A stretch of DNA of 45,044 nucleotides from Hydrurus foetidus. Taxonomy: Eukaryota. Location: contig UYFQ01000419.1 of the NCBI GenBank assembly GCA_900617105.1, forward strand, positions 1-45,044. Reading direction: 5' to 3'. The position numbers and the translations under genes are program-made. This document shows positions 39,118 through 45,044 of this stretch, piece after piece (positions within the stretch are counted from its first letter, which is position 1; every line of letters starts with the position of its first letter). The notes under the pieces are model-generated. The model was not told where the DNA came from, did not search any database, and saw nothing but the letters and a program-made list of their open reading frames with translations.

Positions 39118-40296
39118 CTAGAGAATCGTTTGTCCCATTGTTGATCCTATTAGTGCGAGACCCATTTCGATCGTTCTCTTGGGATCTATGTGGGTGTGCA
39201 GGGAGGGGTTAACTTCAACCAACTCCATCGAGGTCATTCTGTTGGTCTCGGCGAGGCTTTCACAGATGAAATTTCCCTCGCGAAATGTGAGACCACCTCG
39301 AACAGCAGTGCCTAACACACAACGGCCGAGGACAAAGAGATGCCCCATTAGAATTGAGAATAGTGCGAATCAGAAAATAGCAGTTGTGTTGTACCTGTGT
39401 GGGGTGCAAAGAAGGGGTCGAGGGCGTCAATATCGAATGACAAGTGGATGTTCCGACCATCGAGATAGTCGTTGCACTCTTCCATTACTTTTCCGATGCC
39501 CAACCGATCTACATCATACATCTGCAAGATGTATAACAAGATGAGAGTTTGCACTCTACGATCAGAAAATAGTTTGGAAAGACATTTTTACCGTGTATGC
39601 TTTAATACCGAACTTCTTGATCACCACTTTCTCAGCGTCGTCAAGATCGCGCAGACCGATGTATACAATATCTCGGGGATTAAGGCAAGGTTTGAACCAT
39701 CTCATTGATGGGTAGGATGTAGCGTTCTCAACAAGATTCATAAGGAAAGCAACAGGCATTCCTATCGGAGACAAATTTGGCTTGTAAGTTACAAAATCCT
39801 TTGCTTATAAGACTGAACTTGCTGTTTATGTGACCTAATTACCGTGCATATTCCCAGAGTTTGATGTCGCTGGCACATTTATGTCAGCATGAGCATCAAC
39901 CCAGACAACACCAGTATTTTTCCTTGTAGAGAGAAGTCCTGGAATCGTTCCGATAGGTATGCAGTGATCTCCCCCAAGAATAAGAACGAAATCATCCGTT
40001 TTCGCATGTTCCTTGACGACGTGATATACCTTCTCACAAACATATCCAACTTCTGCACAATTTTTCGCATTTCCAAGCACAATGCTTCCATCAGGAATAT
40101 GAAGCGGTGGAGTGCCAGAAGAGAGTATATCAGGTTCCATTGTAATCCGCCAGCCACAAGAAGAGAGTAAACTGCTCAAACCATTGTCCTTCAAAAGTTT
40201 TGGCGACAAATCAGGACCCAAGAAAGGTTGGCCCAAATTCATGGGAACAGAAATGACCGACACGGTCTTGGCGGAACGTAGGAGTGTTCTTCTCAT
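39118..40296 (-). CDS. ARG1: Arginase, 4 exons (40296-39843, 39761-39592, 39521-39395, 39311-39118); possible mitochondrial presequence
   Basis: [68 protein letters not shown]; all introns GT-AG in frame. Confidence 0.96.
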
Positions 40297-40606
40297 CTTA
40301 GACCTTCAGCTGGTGATTTCCTGCTCACAATTTTTCGTGATTCCAGAAGCGAAAGCGAGAGGGCAATTGACAGCTATTCCGATCGATCTCAGTTCCGATC
40401 GATGCGCAAGAATGACTCCGGCAAACGAGAGGCCACAGAATTTGGAATGATTCCCATCGATAATCCTCGAACTGAACTTCGAAAAGTGAAGGTGAAGGTC
40501 AAGAAGTTTTACCTTTTTTTTTAAATAAAAAATAAGATTATTTTTAAGAAAATCTTATTCGTCTTCAAAGACATCTTTTCATAATTTTTAATTTTTGATT
40601 TTTGTA

Positions 40607-41059
40607 CCGTCGAGTGCCTATTCTTTTGCCATTTTCGATTTCCGGTTTTCGGAATTTCGGGGATTTTTGGCTGTTTTCCAACAATTTCGCGACAACTAGA
40701 GAAGTGGGGACCCCGATGAGATGTGTCAGGTGTTGCCTGAAGTTGTCCGCATCTTTTAATATATGATGGTCATACACCTACGAGGAGCAGATCGGCTGCA
40801 AATCGCGATCCAAAATGAGCTTTCGGTCCCTTGCGATCGAAATTTCTCGATTTTGGGGAGCGCAGATTGAAAACTGAACAGGCAGTGTAATTAAAATAAC
40901 TGTGCTCTTTCCGAATCCACTATCACATTTGTGTGAAATTCTATGTCCGAGGAGTTAGCAGTTCCCGTTAGCAATTATCGTGTCAAAATTTCCGTGATTC
41001 TGACCGTTGTCAAAATCCTATTCTCACTTCAAAATGGCAAAAGAATAGGCACTCGACGG
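40607..41059. mobile_element. MITE, 453 bp, perfect 29-bp TIRs, TA flanks (Tc1/mariner-pogo-like)
   Basis: CCGTCGAGTGCCTATTCTTTTGCCATTTT (40607-40635) and its exact reverse complement (41031-41059); TA on both sides; no coding capacity. Confidence 0.85.
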
Positions 41060-42564
41060 TATTCAAGTAGGGTCGGCTTCAGTGGTACTAGTTGATTTTG
41101 TATACGAGTCTTTATATTTTTGAAAAATCCCATTTTGAAGTCAGACAGCATTAATAAAGCCATCCATTTCTGAAGGTTGAGAAAATCCACAATACAAATT
41201 TCATAGTTTGATTCCACCAGTTTCAATGATTTCAGCATAAAATTGGGTGTACGAACGTTCTGAAAACCGTGAAAAAATCACCCAAATTTAGGACTGAAGT
41301 CATTGCATCTCAAGAACTTTTCCGTTTTAAGTCAAACCTTTATAGGTCTACACTAATTCAATTATTGTGGATTTGATTGTGTCATCAACTTTCTTCGAAA
41401 ACACGTTCGTAATCGAATTTGAGCTCAGCACTTCTGAAACTGTGGGAAAATGAGAGCAAAAAAATTTGTATTGAAATTTTCTGACTTCAGAAATGGATGC
41501 GCCACTGATTGTTTAGTCTGGTACACTTCTCAAAAAGGGTTTTTGAAAAAATTTCATTAATGTTCTCGTAGCTACCAAAATCCAACTAGGTTTTTGATTC
41601 CGACTTGGTTCTTGACACCACTGGGTACCGTCGTGAGTGCCATAAATGATATTATATTACAAGCACGTTCTCATCTTTTTTGACAGCACAAAGATCATCC
41701 CAGACCATGTTGTTACGTTTCAGACTTTTCATGCTCTCCTCTGGTATCTTGCCCAAATTTTCCTCCATGATCATGAAATGTGGTTTAATTTATATTAATA
41801 ACGACCATATCACTACCATGTGAGACTACCATAATTGAAATTTGAACCGACTTGAACCAAATCTAAGTTTTTGGATAAATTTTTTGGCTTTCACTGTAAG
41901 GCACTTCATCCATAATACATGATTTTGGATGATTGATTCTGGATGCTATGAGGCACATCATCTAGAATTAGTAAGTTGTCAAAAAAGTGAATTTGGTTAT
42001 GGAATTATGGATGCTGCAAGGAACAGCCTTATGCCATATTATGCCATATGTGTCGAGAGTCGAGAGTGCCATAAATAATAAATTCCATTTTCCGTGTACA
42101 ATGTAATCCGTACGGGTGCACTCTCTGTATATTATATAGAGTGGGGGACCTATTGTTTCTGAAATTCGAACTCAGCACCAATTTTATTCAAAATTTTTAC
42201 GGAAATGGACCTAAAACCATACTGAAAATGTACCGGAAACGGCTTCATTACGCCGTATCTGCGGCTTTCTTGAGCCGTCTCCGGTGAAAATTCCGGCGTT
42301 TACAGCCAAATACGGTATAATGAACCTGCATTCGGGGATTATTTTACCGAAATGAACTGAAACCGTACATTGATCCTAATTAAGCACCGTTTTATTTTGG
42401 TGGTTTAGACCCCCTAAATTTAGGGCCTTACCGGTTGTCATATGGAACGTATAGATAGCTTGGAATTTTCTTCAGACTAGGCAGAGTTGAAAAACAACCT
42501 CAAAAGTAACGTACACTAAAAACTCCGTATCCTGGAATTAATCCTGGAGAGGTGCACTTAAATA

Positions 42565-42739
42565 CTGCGTTCGCCCATAGGCTTTTTTATTTTCCCCTAT
42601 ACCCTATAATAGGGCTGCATTTCACCGAAAACCCTATATAGGCCTAGATAGGATATGCAGATTTATTAAATAGGCCTATATAGGGCCCTATAAAGGTGTT
42701 TTCGAGGAAACCTATAACTATACCTATAGGCGAACGCAG
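42565..42739. repeat. Foldback/MITE-like 175-bp element with nested inverted repeats
   Basis: CTGCGTTCGCCCATAGG pairs with CCTATAGGCGAACGCAG (16/17). Internal CCCTATATAGGCCT / AGGCCTATATAGGG pair. Many CCTATA motifs. Confidence 0.7.
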
Positions 42740-42752
42740 CTTTTTTTTTAAG

Positions 42753-43164
42753 AGTCACCGGCCGCAGGTGTGCTCTTTTTTGAGTGTGGAATTTGTCCGT
42801 ACAGCATACCGGCTGGATGTTTTCGAGTTTCTCACCAAATTCAATTCTGTAAATTGGGTTCGGTTCAAGTCACCAATATCTAACTGCGCTGTGTGTCTGC
42901 CAGTCGAAAAATGTTTTCTGTACGTGTGCCACTTTTCTAATTCGAAAAAAAGTGAGTATTTTCGGATTCGGAATCGATGTCAGACAACAGTGGGGAATAC
43001 AGAATTTCAAGCTGAACACGAATATCAAAACCGTTTGTTCCACTTCGCTGGAATGGAAAACATCCAACCACTTTTTAAAATTGAGTGTAAAAAGTCCAAT
43101 TTTTGGATTTTACGGTTTTTCTATGTGCGTGTGAAAAAAAAGAGCACGGCTGTGGCCGGTGACT
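42753..43164. mobile_element. MITE-like element with imperfect, about 29-bp TIRs
   Basis: AGTCACCGGCCGCAGGTGTGCTCTTTTTT pairs with AAAAAAGAGCACGGCTGTGGCCGGTGACT (3 mismatches); T/A-rich flanks. Confidence 0.6.
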
Positions 43165-43810
43165 TTTTTTAAAAAGTAGGTCCTCTAGAGCATGAGGTTC
43201 AGTTATTTCAGGCGCCACCCCACACCACTTCCTGTCTTTGATGATTTAGTATGGTGTGGGGAGTGGCGCCCCAGCGAATTCTAAAATATTTGGCTTTCCA
43301 GAAAGGTTCATTTTATTCCGGAATCGTAATACCGTCGAGTCCCGATTCTTTGGTAATAATCAACATTATTTTCGCGGATCCACATTTCAGATCCATCACA
43401 TCATGCCTGTCGATACACTTCAAACCACATTCACTCACATCAACAGAGCACGATCAAATTTGAACACTCAGACAATCCAACCAGACGTGAGTAACCGCGC
43501 TATCTCTCTGTGCGCATGATATTGATGGTCATGTTTGTCGTCTTCTGACTCAAATTTGTAGCCGCAAACTTCATAAATCATCCGTGAACAACAACAACGT
43601 TCGAAATTGACCTCTTTGACAATTCTGCTGGCGTCAGAAAATTTCGTCCGAGTCGTCTCCATTAAAGTGTGTCTCGATTTGCTCGTAACTGTCCTCACCG
43701 CGTAATTTTCCTTTGATTTGTCGATGACATCGCATCAATTTTCTCTTGCAGACGACATGAGGGACGTTTTATCATTTAGAGCCAGAGCTAAGGGAGGATT
43801 CGTGTTCGGT

Positions 43811-44271
43811 TGTGACCTTGGAAGGCAAAAGAGAAGGGAAGTCTAAAGGCTAAAAGGAGCTAATTAGTTAGGGAGGCAAACAGAAGGTACGCTAGTAACT
43901 TCTGCAAAGCAGCACAAACTAGCTAGTGACTGATAGTCGTGGCTGTGAACACGAAGGTACTAAGGTGGAAACAGCATCTAATCGGCTGAATGGGGTAGCA
44001 GACCCTGAGGGAGCCACACTACCCCTACTTATCTCTCGTTTTCTCATTTCTCTCTCCCTCTCCCTCTCTCTCTCTTGGTGAGTTTCTATCTACAGTGTGT
44101 AACAAACAAATATGACTCCAGCGTGAGAGAGAAAAATGCAGAAAAAGGTAATAATAAAAAATAAATAAATAAATAAAAGACAGAAATAAATGCGTACAAT
44201 AAATACAGATATTTGTACATGTGAGAGATGGGGGAAGTGAGAAACGAGAGTGCCTAGATGTGTTGTAACCA
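43811..44271 (-). repeat. Possible 3' LTR of the Gypsy element
   Basis: Purine tract TAGGGGAAC (minus strand, about 44275-44283) downstream of the pol stop, followed by a non-coding block ending at TGTGAC (43811). No partner LTR in the window. Confidence 0.3.
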
Positions 44272-44389
44272 AGTGTTCCCCTACACATTTATGTCAGATT
44301 TTTACCGACTAAACCTCCTGAAAAGCAACGTAACGTTGTAAAATGAGGAGGAATCTTCAAAAGATAATGTGTAGGTCGTTCCTGGGAAC

Positions 44390-45044
44390 TTACTTTTCTG
44401 TCGGAATTATTTTCGACATGCCGTGAAGGCGTAAATATGTGCGAAGAGCGTCTGTAAGACGAAGATTCTTCCACGACTCCCACGTATTGTGAGAGTCATC
44501 AAAGTCAGTCCAAATGCGGTTTTTAGTCAAATGGACTAAAAACCGCATTTGGGTTTTGCGCCTGAAATTGCCTTGGTGCTGAAGAATGGAATCAATAATG
44601 AATTCCATATAATCGCGGCTTGATACATCAGCAGGATCCGTTTGTTTCGGATTGAAAACAAATGGTTTAAGATTACTAATATGAAGATGTTTATGTTTCT
44701 TCGTAGTTATATCTAACAACGCATAATCAGAATTGTGAATCGATATCACTTGAACGGTCCCCGCCACAACGTGTGGGCGGTTGTGTGGTATATCTAGCCA
44801 ACACATATGAACCTACGGGAAAACCGTTATATCCTGTGGACTTGTGGCAACATGAGCAAGGTCCATTGTGCAAAGCAGTTTGTGCTTGGGCAATCAGGGT
44901 ATACATCTCACAGACCACTTTCGATGCGGAAGCTTCCACTTCCGGTAATTGTGGAATGGTGAAAGTATGCCCGAATCAAGATTGATTTGGTTACCAAACA
45001 ATAAACTTGCTGGGAGGTATTGGTACTGCTGTGAATTAAAGAAT
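44390..45044 (-). pseudogene. Degenerate Ty3/Gypsy chromodomain-type integrase C-terminus (element continues beyond window)
   Basis: FPVGSYVLARY...PPTR, LWRGPF (GPY/F motif) and HISNLKPF lie in different frames. Chromodomain FIIDSILQH...FLVH...WTDFDDSHNTWESWKNL. Confidence 0.85.

Noticed and set aside
37089..40296. dapA plus arginase as an amino-acid metabolic gene cluster
   Set aside because: Convergent orientation, different pathways and predicted compartments; adjacency alone is not evidence.
42696..43172. 158-aa ORF as a MITE-encoded transposase
   Set aside because: GTG start, no DDE or HTH motifs, and it spans two separate inverted-repeat elements.

Overview
Eukaryotic, intron-containing genomic window. 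A dapA gene with a bipartite signal-peptide/Phe-motif presequence and a cyanobacteria-type membrane protein point to a plastid-bearing stramenopile (ochrophyte); this host call is inference. Left to right it contains: (1) the right part of an AT-rich P-superfamily DNA transposon, with a spliced DDE transposase, a second convergent 546-aa ORF and a candidate TIR; (2) a complete Ty1/Copia element A (4144-10525) whose gag and pol appear joined by a -1 frameshift at G_GUA_AAC; (3) host genes: an unknown protein, a cyanobacteria-type protein and a SET methyltransferase; (4) a complete, very young Ty1/Copia element B (16222-21927, TSD GGTAG) whose gag and pol appear joined by UGA-CUA readthrough; (5) a membrane-anchored, apparently catalytically dead S53/sedolisin homolog; (6) an FN3-WW-HECT E3 ligase with microsatellite-filled introns, dapA and arginase; (7) a cluster of MITE/foldback elements and a decayed chromodomain Gypsy end. 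The strongest signal is that both divergent Copia elements lack a tRNA PBS and instead carry, at the PBS position, a 10-13 nt sequence perfectly complementary to their own LTR, a Tf1-like self-priming signature. Each also uses a different recoding signal and sits about 160-175 bp upstream of a probable host ATG. All calls are from manual reading; no database searches were run.
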